In this document: piece after piece, positions 17,060 to 27,375 of the stretch
Numbering within the stretch: the stretch's first letter is position 1
Layout of the letters: every line of letters begins with the position of its first letter
From: Planctomycetota bacterium
GTDB lineage: Bacteria > Planctomycetota > UBA8742 > UBA2392
Direction of reading: 5' to 3'
NCBI GenBank assembly: GCA_019636215.1
Contig: JAHBXZ010000015.1
Span: forward strand, 11,540 to 75,539
DNA length: 64,000 nt
Translations under genes and position numbers: made by a program
Notes under the pieces: model-generated
Databases searched by the model: none
Seen by the model: only the letters and a program-made list of their open reading frames with translations
Told to the model about the DNA's origin: nothing

Positions 17060-17719
17060 ATGCCCCGAGACGGCAGCAAAACTCGCAGCCACATCCTGGA
17101 TGTCACCCGCGACCTGGTGATGGAACACGGCATGGCCGGGACTTCACTTGACCAGGTGATCACCCGCGCCGGCCTGACCAAGGGCGCGTTCTTCTACCAC
17201 TTCAAGGGCAAGGACGAGCTGGCGTTTGAACTGGTCAAGCGGTTTGCCCAGCAGGACGAGGCCCTGCTGCGCGACGTGATGCAGAAGGCCGAAGGCCTGA
17301 GCCGCGACCCCCTGCAGCAGGTGCTGCTGATGGTGGGGCTGGTTGCCGAGATGTTCCGCGGCCTCGGCGGCGCCAACCCGGGCTGCCTGTTTGCCAGCTT
17401 CTGCTACGAGGGTGACCTGTGGGGCGAAGAGTTCCGCAGGCTGTGCGCGGCCAACTTCCGGCTGTGGCGCGACAGCATTGCGGCCAAGCTGCGACAGGCC
17501 GCCAAGGCCACACCGCCGCGGATCAGCGTGGACATCGACACCGTGGCTGACATGGCCACGGGCGTGATTGAGGGTGCGTACATCATGGCCCGCACCTATG
17601 CCGATACATCGGTGATTGTCGGCCAGTTGATGCAGTACCGCAATTACCTTGAACTGCTGTTTGCGCCGCAGGACAAGCCGGCGAAATCGCCAAGGCGCCG
17701 CGCGTCCCCCCGATCATGA
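17060..17719 (+). CDS. TetR/AcrR family transcriptional regulator
   Basis: N-terminal HTH (SHILDVTRDLVMEHGMAGTSLDQVITRAGLTKGAFFYHFKGKDEL). Confidence 0.9.
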   Translation: MPRDGSKTRSHILDVTRDLVMEHGMAGTSLDQVITRAGLTKGAFFYHFKGKDELAFELVKRFAQQDEALLRDVMQKAEGLSRDPLQQVLLMVGLVAEMFRGLGGANPGCLFASFCYEGDLWGEEFRRLCAANFRLWRDSIAAKLRQAAKATPPRISVDIDTVADMATGVIEGAYIMARTYADTSVIVGQLMQYRNYLELLFAPQDKPAKSPRRRASPRS

Positions 17720-17792
17720 GTGTTGGCGGGCACCCGGTGCAAGGCTCGTTGCCACCCGAGCGCGCGCAAGGGCCCCAAAGTAGGATGCGCCC

Positions 17793-19094
17793 GTGAGCTC
17801 GGCCGAGATCGCATACCTGTTCCGGCATGCCCTGCTGCGTGATGCCGCTTACGAATTGCAATTGCCCGCCGATCGCATGGGCCTGCACGCCCTTGCCCTG
17901 GAGTTGATCGAGCAATCACTCGGCGGGCGCGCCCCGGAGCCGCCGCCGTTGGACTCGCCCGACCACGCCGCGGCAGCTCCCCATGTCACGGATTCCATCG
18001 CCGCAGAGCTTGCCTGGCATGCCGGCCAGGCCGCGAAGCTGCAACCGGAGTTCCTGGCCCTTCAGCGCCTCTATCTGCGACGCGCGGCCGATCATGCCGA
18101 GGCGCAGTACAAACCCGCCGAAGCCGCTTCGCATTGGCAGGCACTTGCGTCGCTGCTGGCAGGCCCGCCTCGCCTCGCGGCGTTGCGATTCTGGGGCGTC
18201 GTGTTGCACCAGAGTGGACTGCTGCCGGAGGCCGAAAGTGTGTACCGCCAGGCGCTTGAGGAGCACCCGCATATCGACTTTGAGCACGGCAAGGCCGCCA
18301 TACTGCGCTGTATGGGCACCCTGATGCGCGAGCGCGGTCGAATGCGCGATGCCGAGGCGCTTCTCGGGCAGGCGCTGCAGCTTTCGCGCCAGTTGGGCGA
18401 CCGTTGGTGCGAGGCGACTACCCTGAGCAATCTAGGATCCCTGTGCCTTGTGGCCGGGCGGCTTGAAGAATCGGAAGACTTCCTTCAGCGAAGCTGTGCG
18501 CTCTTGCGCGAGCTCGGGGACTTCCGCACCGAGACAAGCGTTCTTGGCATGCTGGCAAACCTCCGGCTGCGCGCCGAGCGAATCGATGAAGGCGAAGCCC
18601 TTTACCTCCAGGTGCTGGATAGCTGCCGCAAAACCGGCGATCGGCGTACCGAGGGCGCTACCCTTACAAACCTGGGTGTGCTGTACGCCAGTTTCGGCCG
18701 ATCCGCAGAGGCAGAGCGTGTGTATGCCCAGGCATTGGCAATACACCGTGAGATCGGAAACCAGCGGTTCGTGGGCGTAACCTTGGGGAACCTGGGATGC
18801 TCCTACTACGCCCAGAACCGGTTTTCCGATGCGCTGCCGTTGCTGCTGGAGGCCGTGGACATTCACCGCCAGCTGGGGCACCGGAGTTTCGAGGGCGAAC
18901 ATCAGGCCTTTGCGGGCCTGTGCCTGGTGGGACTCGGTCGCGCCGACGACGGCATGCACCGCTGGCACCAGGGCCTTACTATTCTGCATGAGGTCGGAGA
19001 AACCGACTCGGCGCAGGAATTGGTCTCGGCCATGAACCGGCATCGCGACAAAAGCGGCTTGCCCCCGCTTGCCAATCCCATAGGCAAGCCTTGA
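17793..19094 (+). CDS. TPR-repeat protein (STAND-type sensor arm without an NTPase)
   Basis: 433 aa with a GTG start. Begins YLFRHALLRDAAYELQ, a motif that normally follows an AAA_16/NACHT ATPase. Repeated TPR_12-like units follow (ATTLSNLGSLCLVAGRLEESE...). Confidence 0.8.
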   Translation: MSSAEIAYLFRHALLRDAAYELQLPADRMGLHALALELIEQSLGGRAPEPPPLDSPDHAAAAPHVTDSIAAELAWHAGQAAKLQPEFLALQRLYLRRAADHAEAQYKPAEAASHWQALASLLAGPPRLAALRFWGVVLHQSGLLPEAESVYRQALEEHPHIDFEHGKAAILRCMGTLMRERGRMRDAEALLGQALQLSRQLGDRWCEATTLSNLGSLCLVAGRLEESEDFLQRSCALLRELGDFRTETSVLGMLANLRLRAERIDEGEALYLQVLDSCRKTGDRRTEGATLTNLGVLYASFGRSAEAERVYAQALAIHREIGNQRFVGVTLGNLGCSYYAQNRFSDALPLLLEAVDIHRQLGHRSFEGEHQAFAGLCLVGLGRADDGMHRWHQGLTILHEVGETDSAQELVSAMNRHRDKSGLPPLANPIGKP

Positions 19095-19106
19095 TCAAGC
19101 TGCGGC

Positions 19107-19649
19107 CTAGCGCCCGAAATCCGCGCGGGTGAACAGGGCCTCGAACTCGAGCCCGGCTTTGGTCAGGTTTTCCTGTGCGCCGCTGAGGCGGTCCACAATC
19201 GCCATCACCTTGACCACTTTGGGCTTGTACTGGGCCATCAGCTTTTCAATCGCGGTGATCGCGCTGCCGCCGCTGGTCACCACGTCCTCGACAATCACCA
19301 CCCGGTCGCCATCGCGCAGGGCCGGGCCTTCCACCAGCTTCTGCATGCCGTGGCCCTTGGCTTCTTTGCGGATGATAAAGCCGTTCATGTGTTCGCCGTG
19401 GCGCGCGGCCTCCTGCATGATGCCGGCGATGATAGGGTCCGCGCCCATAGTGGGCCCGCCCACGGCCACAATGTTCAGGCCGCGGATGCGTTCGTACATC
19501 AGGCGCGAAACCAGCTCCAGGCCGCGGCCGGAAAGCGAGGTCAGGCGGCCGTCGATGTAGAAGTCGCTGGTTGCGCCGCTGGCCAGCTTCACGGGGCCTT
19601 CGGCAATCGTGCGCTTGACCAGCTGCTTGAGTTCTTCGCGTTCGCTCAT
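19107..19649 (-). CDS. pyrE: Orotate phosphoribosyltransferase
   Basis: DFYIDGR motif and PRPP-binding loop VVIVEDVVTSGGS. Confidence 0.92.
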   Translation of the reverse strand: MSEREELKQLVKRTIAEGPVKLASGATSDFYIDGRLTSLSGRGLELVSRLMYERIRGLNIVAVGGPTMGADPIIAGIMQEAARHGEHMNGFIIRKEAKGHGMQKLVEGPALRDGDRVVIVEDVVTSGGSAITAIEKLMAQYKPKVVKVMAIVDRLSGAQENLTKAGLEFEALFTRADFGR

Positions 19650-20740
19650 TGGTACTCCTCCTGCGCGGCGCGGCTGCGGATTTCGGCCACGTCCAGCGCC
19701 AGTTGCTGTTTCAGTTGATCCAGCCCTGCAAACTTCTGTTCCGGCCGCACATGGAACAGAAACTCGACTTCCAGCTCGCGGCCGTACAGGTCGCCGTCAA
19801 AGTCCAACAGGTGCACTTCCAGCAGCGGGGCCCGCCGCGCCGGGTCGACCGTGGGCCGGGTGCCGATGTTGGCTGCCCCCAGATGCCACGTGCCGTCCAC
19901 CTTTACGCGCACGCCATACACGCCCAGCGGCGGGTACGCCAGACCCTCCAGCGGCAGGTTGGCCGTGGGAAAGCCGATCGTGCGCCCGCGCTTGTCGCCG
20001 TGCTGTACCAGGCCACCGATGCTGTAGGGCCGGCCCAGCAGTTTGCGCGCCCACAGGAAATCGCCGGCCGCCACATGGCTGCGGATCGCGCTGCTGCTCA
20101 TGGCCTGGCCGCTTACGGTCACGGGGTCACCCTGGCGCACTTCGACCCCGTGCTGCAGGCCAAGCTCGCGCAGCCGGTCGAACGTTCCCTCGCCGTCCTT
20201 GCCGATTCGATTGTTGAAGCCCACCAGCATGCCGCGCGCGTTCAGGTCGTTCTTGATCACATCCACCAGGAAGCGTTCAGCGCTGAGGTTGCGCACGGAT
20301 TCGTCAAAATCGACCATCACCACGGCGTCGATGCCGGATTTGAACAGCAGCCGCAGCTTGTGTTCGGGCGAGTTCAACGAAGGCATGTCGCGGCCCAGGG
20401 TGATGGCGCGCGGGTGGCGGCGGAAGGTGACGACCACGGCCGGGGCATGTTCGCGCCGGGCCCATTCCACCAGCTCGTTCAGCAGGTACTGGTGGCCCAG
20501 GTGCACGCCGTCGAAACTGCCCACGCTGACCACGGGTCGCAAGTCGCGCAAACGGGCGCCCTGGTCGCGGAACTCGGCAAAGCCGGCAAATGTGTGGCCT
20601 CGATGCGGCACACCGCGAATATGCCCTGCCACGCCGCCACGGCAACAGGTGGCTGGCAAGCTGTGACCCCTGACAAGCTGCCGGGCAGCCTGTGTGCTTC
20701 GGCCTGCGCTGATGCGCGAGTTCTGTGCCAAACTCGGCAT
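19646..20740 (-). CDS. ribF: Bifunctional riboflavin kinase / FAD synthetase
   Basis: VSVGSFDGVHLGHQYLL and GDKRGRTIGFPTANL motifs. ATGA overlap with pyrE. The N-terminus is probably shorter than the ORF-track start. Confidence 0.9.
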   Translation of the reverse strand: MPSLAQNSRISAGRSTQAARQLVRGHSLPATCCRGGVAGHIRGVPHRGHTFAGFAEFRDQGARLRDLRPVVSVGSFDGVHLGHQYLLNELVEWARREHAPAVVVTFRRHPRAITLGRDMPSLNSPEHKLRLLFKSGIDAVVMVDFDESVRNLSAERFLVDVIKNDLNARGMLVGFNNRIGKDGEGTFDRLRELGLQHGVEVRQGDPVTVSGQAMSSSAIRSHVAAGDFLWARKLLGRPYSIGGLVQHGDKRGRTIGFPTANLPLEGLAYPPLGVYGVRVKVDGTWHLGAANIGTRPTVDPARRAPLLEVHLLDFDGDLYGRELEVEFLFHVRPEQKFAGLDQLKQQLALDVAEIRSRAAQEEYQ

Positions 20741-20783
20741 TGCGCCCTTCTTGCGGGGCCCCCAACGCGGGTAGCATCACGCC

Positions 20784-22688
20784 ATGCGCGAGCCCACGCA
20801 CCGCATCAGTGATCTCACCAGCGCCGAGACGGTGTATGTGTTCCGCCACGCGGTGATGCGCGATGCGTCTTACCAGCTTCAGCCGCTGACACTGCGCGCC
20901 GGCCTGCATCGCGCGGCGGCGGACCTGATTGAACAGGCATTCGGCCCAGGCGAGGACCGGCTTGCGCCTGTGGCCCATGAACTGGCCGACCACCTGGCAC
21001 TGGCAATTGAGGGCCTGCCCGCCGAGGCCGCGGCGCTGGGTGCGCGCGAGCTGCGATTCCTGCGCGCTGCCGCCCGTTACGCCCAGAAACAGGTCGATTT
21101 TGCCACGGCCGAGGCCCTTTGGCGGCGCTGCCTCGGGCGCGGGGCTGACGCTGACGCAGAACTTGAGGCGCGGCAGGCCCTTGCCGGCGTACTGCATGAA
21201 CTTGGGCGCGGCCGCGAGAGCGACGAGGTGCTGCAATCTGCGCTGGACCTGGAACCCGCCGCCACCCGCCCCGTGCTGCGCGCCAGCGTGCTGCTGCATG
21301 CCGCGATCCAGCTTCAGGGCGTCGCGCACACCGGCCATCTGCCACGCGCGCTGGATCTCGCCCGTGCCGGCAACGACCCCCTGCTGGCCGCCAGCATTCT
21401 GCACCGAATGGCCGGGCCCAACGACCCGCCTGATATCGCGCTTGCCCGGCTGGACGAAGCCGAGCAGGCCTTTGCGGGTGCCAACGACCTTGCCGGCCAG
21501 GCAAGAGTGCTTGCATCCCGCGCACAGATTCTGGCCTACGCCCGAAAACAGCCTGATGCCGCCGCAGCCCTGTTGCAGCAAGCCGCCGAGCTGGCCCGCG
21601 GCAGCGGCGACCGGGTTGCTGCCGCCGATATGGCCATCGCGCTGGGCGTGCACTACGCGAATTTCGGCCAGCCGATCCCGGCCGAGGCCGCGTATCTCGA
21701 CGCGCTGGAACTGGTTGCCGGCACCGGCGCCCACTTCCTGGTCATGCGCGCCCAGGTGAACCTGGGCATGATCTACCTTTTCATGCTGGACCGTGTTCTC
21801 GACGCAGGCCGGATCTGGACACAGGCCCTCGCAATCATGCGCGAGCACGGCCGCGACACCGACATCGTGACGGGCCTGAACAACATGGGCCGCTGGCTTG
21901 TCGGAGTGGGCAGGTTCAAGCAGGCAGAACCCCTGTTGCGCGAGTGCCTGTCCCGCTGCGATCAGCCGGGCTGGCCCCGCGAGTCAGACTGGGTTACGGC
22001 CCGGGGCTATCTCGGCGTTGCCCTGGCCGAGCAAGGCCGAATGGAAGAAGCCCTGGATGTTCTGCAGCAGGCGTCCGGCCGCGCCACCAGCTGGGATCAC
22101 CAGAATGCGTGGCTGTTGGGGCGCGAACACGCCTGGGTGTTGTTCCGGCTTGCCCGGTTTGAAGAGGCCCGCCGGGCCATGGATGCTGCGCTGGGCCACA
22201 TGCGCAAGGGCTACAACTATGACAACCGGTTTATTGCCGCGGGCGTGGATGCCTCCATGCACATGCTGGAAGGCGACATGGCCGGCGCCCGGGCGGCAAT
22301 TGCCCCGTGGGAGAAGATGACAGGCCGCTGGCGCACGTTCTCGTGGCTACTGCCCAGCCTGCGGCTGATGGCGGCAGGCGAAGTGCGCGGCGCAGAGCAG
22401 GCCGCAACGGCCGCCGACATGCAGCGCGAGATCGAACAGGTCGCCGCACAGGGCGACAGCATGGAACTTCTGGCCACTCGCCGCGGTGTCGAGACCGCGA
22501 GGCGCCTGGTGGCCGACATCGCCAGTGACTCCTCCCAGACCTGGCGCGGCCATTTCGCAGACGAGCTTCCCGCCGCATGCCGGTCGAAGCTGTTGCAAAC
22601 CCTGAGCCCCCCGGATGCCGCAAGATTCAAGGACTCCCGGCCCGAGGCCTGGCGCGCCTGGACCGCCAACCGAGGCACAAGGCCATGA
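20784..22688 (+). CDS. TPR-repeat protein, paralogue of 17793..19094
   Basis: 634 aa. N-terminus TSAETVYVFRHAVMRDASYQLQ...LIEQAFG is ~50% identical to the start of the 17793 ORF. Confidence 0.8.
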   Translation: MREPTHRISDLTSAETVYVFRHAVMRDASYQLQPLTLRAGLHRAAADLIEQAFGPGEDRLAPVAHELADHLALAIEGLPAEAAALGARELRFLRAAARYAQKQVDFATAEALWRRCLGRGADADAELEARQALAGVLHELGRGRESDEVLQSALDLEPAATRPVLRASVLLHAAIQLQGVAHTGHLPRALDLARAGNDPLLAASILHRMAGPNDPPDIALARLDEAEQAFAGANDLAGQARVLASRAQILAYARKQPDAAAALLQQAAELARGSGDRVAAADMAIALGVHYANFGQPIPAEAAYLDALELVAGTGAHFLVMRAQVNLGMIYLFMLDRVLDAGRIWTQALAIMREHGRDTDIVTGLNNMGRWLVGVGRFKQAEPLLRECLSRCDQPGWPRESDWVTARGYLGVALAEQGRMEEALDVLQQASGRATSWDHQNAWLLGREHAWVLFRLARFEEARRAMDAALGHMRKGYNYDNRFIAAGVDASMHMLEGDMAGARAAIAPWEKMTGRWRTFSWLLPSLRLMAAGEVRGAEQAATAADMQREIEQVAAQGDSMELLATRRGVETARRLVADIASDSSQTWRGHFADELPAACRSKLLQTLSPPDAARFKDSRPEAWRAWTANRGTRP

Positions 22689-22845
22689 ATGTCCTGGTGG
22701 AGGCCGGCGTTCAGAAGCTGGCCGCACCGGCGGAGGATGAAATGCGCCGTCTGTGCCTGCAGCACAAGGTGCCGCTTCTGGACAGCGGAGACGCGAACGA
22801 CCCGCACCCGTTATGAAATGTCGCATGCCGTGGTAGAAGCATGCC

Positions 22846-25794
22846 ATGCCCCTGACCCACATCACGATTCGCGGCGCACGGGAACACAACCTGAAGGGTG
22901 TGAACCTTGAACTGCCGCGCGACCAGCTGATTGTCATCACCGGCCTTTCGGGCAGCGGCAAGTCTTCGCTGGCCTTTGACACCATCTATGCCGAGGGCCA
23001 GCGCCGTTACATCGAGTCCCTGAGCGCCTACGCCCGCCAGTTCCTGGGCCAGATGCAGAAGCCCGATGTTGAAGGCATTGAGGGCCTGCCGCCCACCATC
23101 GCCATCGAGCAGCGCCAGGCCGGCCACAACCCGCGCAGCACCGTGGCGACGACCACCGAGATCTACGACTACCTGCGTTTGCTGTACGCGCGCATTGGCG
23201 TGCCGCATTGCCCGATCTGCGCGCGCGAAGTCACGCGCCAATCCGCCGAGCAGATTGTCGACACCGTGATGCAGTGGCCCGAGTCCAGCAAGCTGATGGT
23301 ACTGGCGCCGATTGTGCGCGGCCGCAAGGGCGAACACCGCGACGTGTTTCTGCGCGTGATGAAAGACGGCTTTGTGCGCGCCCGCCTGGACGGCGAGATC
23401 ACCGAGGTCGGCCCCAAGACCCAGTGCGCCGACAAGAACAAAAAGCACGACATTGACGTGGTGGTGGACCGCATCGTGCTGGACAAGGACGCGCGCTCGC
23501 GCCTGAACGAAGCAATCGAGGTCGCGCTCAAGCTCGCTGACGGCCTGTGCGTAGTCGCCAAGCAGGAAACAGGAGCCCGAAGCGCAAGCGAGGGTGCCGT
23601 TGGAGCCCGAAGCGTAAGCGACGGGGCAGCCTGGCACGACCACCAGTTCTCCGCCCGCATGTTCTGCCCCGATCACCCCGAGGCCGAAATGGGCGAGCTT
23701 GAGCCGCGCCTTTTCTCGTTCAACTCGCCCTGGGGCGCATGCCCCAAATGCACCGGCCTGGGCATCCACACCGAGCTTGACCCCAAGCTGATCGTGCCCG
23801 ACCCCGACAAAACGCTTGAACAGGGCGCGCTGCAGGGCTGGAACAAGCCCCACGAGGCCTTCTGGTACAAGCGTGCGCTGAAAAAGCATTGCCCGCGACT
23901 GGGCATCAACCTGAACACGCCGTTCAAGAAGCTGCCGCAGAACCAGCAGCAGGTGCTGCTGTACGGCGAGCCGGGCACCAACGGCAAATGGGGCTACAAG
24001 GGTTCGCGCGGCTTTCCCGGCGTGATCCCGGACCTGCAGCATCGCTTTGGCAACAGCCAGAGCGACAGCGTCAAGCAATGGGTGATGGGATTCATGGCCG
24101 AACGCGAATGCCCGGCCTGCCACGGCTCGCGCCTTGGACCCTTTGCCAGCGGCGTGACCGTGGCCGGCAAGGGCATCAGCGAAATCGCGCGCATGAACGT
24201 GCGCGCGGCCATGCGCTGGATCAACGGCATGAAACTCAGTGCCGAACACACCGTGATTGCCAAGGCCGTGGTGAAAGAGATCAGCGCGCGGCTGGGCTTC
24301 ATGGACAACGTCGGCATTGGTTACCTGACGCTGGACCGCAAATCCGGCACGCTTTCTGGCGGCGAGGCCCAGCGCATCCGCCTGGCAACACAGGTGGGAA
24401 GCGGCCTGGTGGGCGTGTGCTATGTGCTGGACGAGCCCAGCATCGGCCTGCACCAGCGCGACAACGAAATGCTGCTGGGCACACTGAAGCAACTGCGCGA
24501 CATCGGCAACACCGTGCTGGTCGTCGAGCACGACGAAGACACGATCCGCGCGGCCGATTATGTGGTGGACCTTGGCCCCGGCGCCGGCGCCCACGGCGGC
24601 AATGTGGTCTACGCGGGGCCCGCCGGCGGCATCGCCAAGGCGGGCTCGCTGACTGCGGACTACATCACCGGCCGGAGATCCATACCGCTGCCAGAGACCA
24701 CACGGCCTGTCAGCAGGAAAGACGCCATCTGGCTGCGCGGTTGTGCTGAGAACAATTTAAAGAACATCGATGTGGCTTTCCCGCTTGGGGGACTCGTGTG
24801 CGTGACAGGAGTGAGCGGCAGCGGCAAGAGCACGCTGGTCACCGACATTCTGGCCCGGGCCCTGGCGCGCGAGCTTCACGCCGCGCAGGCCGAACCAGGC
24901 AAGCACAGTAAAGTCGAGGGTCTGCAGCGCATTGACAAGATCATCGAGATCGACCAGTCGCCGATTGGCCGCACGCCGCGCAGCAACCCGGCGACATACA
25001 CCAACGTGTTCGGGCTGATCCGCGACCTGTTTGCCAAATCGCCCGAGGCCAAGATGCGCGGCTATGAACCCGGGCGCTTTTCCTTCAACGTCCCCGGCGG
25101 GCGCTGCGAAGTCTGCGAAGGCCAGGGCGTGAAGTTGATCGAAATGCACTTCCTGCCCGACATCCAGGTGATTTGCGAAACCTGCAAGGGCGCGCGCTTC
25201 AACCGCGAAACCCTTGAGGTGAAGTACCGCGGCAAGAGCATCGCCGACGTGCTGGACATGACCATTGAGGAAGCCCAGTCGTTCTTTGAGAACCACCCGG
25301 GGATTCACAAGATCGTGCAGACCCTGCACGCCGTGGGCCTGGATTACGTCAAGCTGGGCCAGCCCAGCACGACACTCAGCGGCGGCGAGGCCCAGCGCGT
25401 GAAGCTGGCCACCGAGCTTGCAAGGCCGGACACCGGCCACACTCTGTACATCCTGGACGAACCTACCACCGGCCTGCACTTTCACGACGTGGCAAGGCTG
25501 ATCGAGGTCGTGCAGCGGCTGGTGGGCAAGGGCAACACGGCGGTTGTCATCGAGCACAACCTCGACGTGATCAAGTGCGCGGACTGGATCATTGACCTTG
25601 GGCCTGAGGGCGGCGACGAAGGCGGCCAGATCATCGCCGAAGGCCCACCCAGCGAAGTCGCCAGGGTGCAAGGCAGCTACACCGGCAAGTACCTGAGCCG
25701 GTACTTCAGCCCCGCACGTAAGGGCGGGGGCGATTCCAAACCCGCAAAGACACCCGCCAAGAAACAAAAACCCCGCAAGAAACAACCGGCGTAA
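22846..25794 (+). CDS. uvrA: Excinuclease ABC subunit A
   Basis: [50 protein letters not shown]..., two ABC modules and zinc-finger cysteines. Confidence 0.97.
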   Translation: MPLTHITIRGAREHNLKGVNLELPRDQLIVITGLSGSGKSSLAFDTIYAEGQRRYIESLSAYARQFLGQMQKPDVEGIEGLPPTIAIEQRQAGHNPRSTVATTTEIYDYLRLLYARIGVPHCPICAREVTRQSAEQIVDTVMQWPESSKLMVLAPIVRGRKGEHRDVFLRVMKDGFVRARLDGEITEVGPKTQCADKNKKHDIDVVVDRIVLDKDARSRLNEAIEVALKLADGLCVVAKQETGARSASEGAVGARSVSDGAAWHDHQFSARMFCPDHPEAEMGELEPRLFSFNSPWGACPKCTGLGIHTELDPKLIVPDPDKTLEQGALQGWNKPHEAFWYKRALKKHCPRLGINLNTPFKKLPQNQQQVLLYGEPGTNGKWGYKGSRGFPGVIPDLQHRFGNSQSDSVKQWVMGFMAERECPACHGSRLGPFASGVTVAGKGISEIARMNVRAAMRWINGMKLSAEHTVIAKAVVKEISARLGFMDNVGIGYLTLDRKSGTLSGGEAQRIRLATQVGSGLVGVCYVLDEPSIGLHQRDNEMLLGTLKQLRDIGNTVLVVEHDEDTIRAADYVVDLGPGAGAHGGNVVYAGPAGGIAKAGSLTADYITGRRSIPLPETTRPVSRKDAIWLRGCAENNLKNIDVAFPLGGLVCVTGVSGSGKSTLVTDILARALARELHAAQAEPGKHSKVEGLQRIDKIIEIDQSPIGRTPRSNPATYTNVFGLIRDLFAKSPEAKMRGYEPGRFSFNVPGGRCEVCEGQGVKLIEMHFLPDIQVICETCKGARFNRETLEVKYRGKSIADVLDMTIEEAQSFFENHPGIHKIVQTLHAVGLDYVKLGQPSTTLSGGEAQRVKLATELARPDTGHTLYILDEPTTGLHFHDVARLIEVVQRLVGKGNTAVVIEHNLDVIKCADWIIDLGPEGGDEGGQIIAEGPPSEVARVQGSYTGKYLSRYFSPARKGGGDSKPAKTPAKKQKPRKKQPA
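23572..23631 (+). repeat. In-frame 2 x 30-bp tandem duplication inside uvrA
   Basis: GGAGCCCGAAGCGCAAGCGAGGGTGCCGTT / GGAGCCCGAAGCGTAAGCGACGGGGCAGCC encode [10 protein letters not shown] / [10 protein letters not shown]. Confidence 0.9.
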
Positions 25795-25945
25795 AGCGGC
25801 GTGCAAGCACTTCCGGCGTCGAACGCCGGTCACGTGTCGTCAGTCCGCCTGTACCGCAATGCGCTTTCAACTTGAATCTCACCTTCGTTGTGACTTCAGT
25901 ACAGCAGCTACCACAGTTACAAGTGCCGTACCGAGGGGGCGGAAC

Positions 25946-27295
25946 ATGGATGCAAATCAGCGCGACAAGGTACAGCAATACTTGCGGCAAGTCCTAGGCG
26001 GTTCGGAAGTTCACTTACGGACCGAGAAGCCGAAACTTCATGAGCTGCGACGGACGTTTGAGACATCGGGGAACCCGATTTGCCTGAGCATCGATTGGAG
26101 TGCAGATCGCGCACTAGTTGATCTAGTGTCGTATCTTTCGAAGATCACGGCGAACAAGGTCGGGGAGGCTAAGATACTGTCCATTGTTAGCACCCACTTG
26201 CACGGGCTTGCGAAAGCCGCTGGCGCATTACCACAGATCAGCGACCACAATTCTCAGCCCTTGTGGCAAGCTGTTGATGGGTTAGTCGCATCGGCTCCGG
26301 GGAAGTGGTTGCTTTGCGTACCAATCGTTGGCCTTCAAATGAACACAGGGCACGCATCGCTGCTCGGGGCTACCTATTGCGCGCCGGACTTAGAGTCGCT
26401 TTCCCGTGCTACATCGGCGAATGGCTTCGAGCCCAAAGCAATACTGGAAGGGCTTCAGCAAACGCTTCAGCAGTATGCCGGCCGCTTCAGCTTTAGCGGG
26501 TTTGGTATCGTCCTCGGTGTTGGGGACAGCAGCGCCGTTACGGCGTCCGCAGAAGAGATTGTGCGAAACGCGGCGTATGCCGCAAATGCCCTACTTTACT
26601 TCTGCGGCCTGATGCCGCCATGCAGACTGGCGCTCCCCGATGATGACTATGCGGGAGTGCTTCCCACATTTGGACAGTCGGATACTGGTGGCGGGATTTG
26701 GTCTTGGGGTAGCAGGGGCAGGGAAATGGGCGGAAGGGTTTACGGTCTGCCACTTTCTAAGCCTGATGTACAGGAGCAGCTGACGGCACATCCTGCATCG
26801 ACGAATCTTACGACGTGCTTTTCAGAGTTCTATGAGGGCCGTGCGAGTGAGCCACGTGTCAACCTATGTGCCATGTGGTCAATGCTCGGTCGGGCGGTCA
26901 GTTCGCGAAGTCGTCTCGACTCCTTGGTCTACTCGGTTATCTCTATGGAGACAGCATTCGGGCTGAACGCCAAGTTCAACTTGCGCGCCTGTGTTTCGAG
27001 CTTCGGAGGCGCCCTTGTCTCATCTAGTCGGAGTGACTACGAAGCCAATAAGAAGCGAATAGGCAGTTTGTATGACGAGAGGAGCACTTTTGTTCATGCT
27101 GGGCGTGGTGCTATCAGTAAGGCACGGCAGGACATGGCACTGGACTTCGCACATCGCATTGCAAAAGAACTTGTTCCGTTGGCAATGAATTGCGCAGATC
27201 GCCAGTCACTGCATAACACGCTGCGGGAGAGAGTGGTCGCACTTGGAGGGGACGACTCAAAGCTTGGCGAAGTTTTGCGTCTGCAGGAGAGTTGA
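25946..27295 (+). CDS. Orphan low-GC protein with a C-terminal HEPN-like domain (candidate defence RNase)
   Basis: 450 aa from ATG 25946 (ORF track 25859). C-terminal helical region contains SLYDERSTFVHAG: R at 27080-27082 and H at 27095-27097 form an Rx4H motif. GC is visibly lower than in the flanks. Confidence 0.65.
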   Translation: MDANQRDKVQQYLRQVLGGSEVHLRTEKPKLHELRRTFETSGNPICLSIDWSADRALVDLVSYLSKITANKVGEAKILSIVSTHLHGLAKAAGALPQISDHNSQPLWQAVDGLVASAPGKWLLCVPIVGLQMNTGHASLLGATYCAPDLESLSRATSANGFEPKAILEGLQQTLQQYAGRFSFSGFGIVLGVGDSSAVTASAEEIVRNAAYAANALLYFCGLMPPCRLALPDDDYAGVLPTFGQSDTGGGIWSWGSRGREMGGRVYGLPLSKPDVQEQLTAHPASTNLTTCFSEFYEGRASEPRVNLCAMWSMLGRAVSSRSRLDSLVYSVISMETAFGLNAKFNLRACVSSFGGALVSSSRSDYEANKKRIGSLYDERSTFVHAGRGAISKARQDMALDFAHRIAKELVPLAMNCADRQSLHNTLRERVVALGGDDSKLGEVLRLQES

Positions 27296-27375
27296 AACGT
27301 CGCGCGGTTCCGGCTGGGGTGCGCCAACCTGTTGTTGGTAACGCACTGTGCATGTACGGGGCCAAGGCTGAAAAG

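Noticed and set aside
22711-24594. 627-aa ORF on the - strand, with similar long antisense ORFs at 24757..25833, 47477..49363, 20304..21848 and 19649..20812
   Set aside because: Each lies opposite a gene with clear family motifs (uvrA, the HEAT-repeat gene, the TPR gene, ribF). Compositions are typical of antisense frames.
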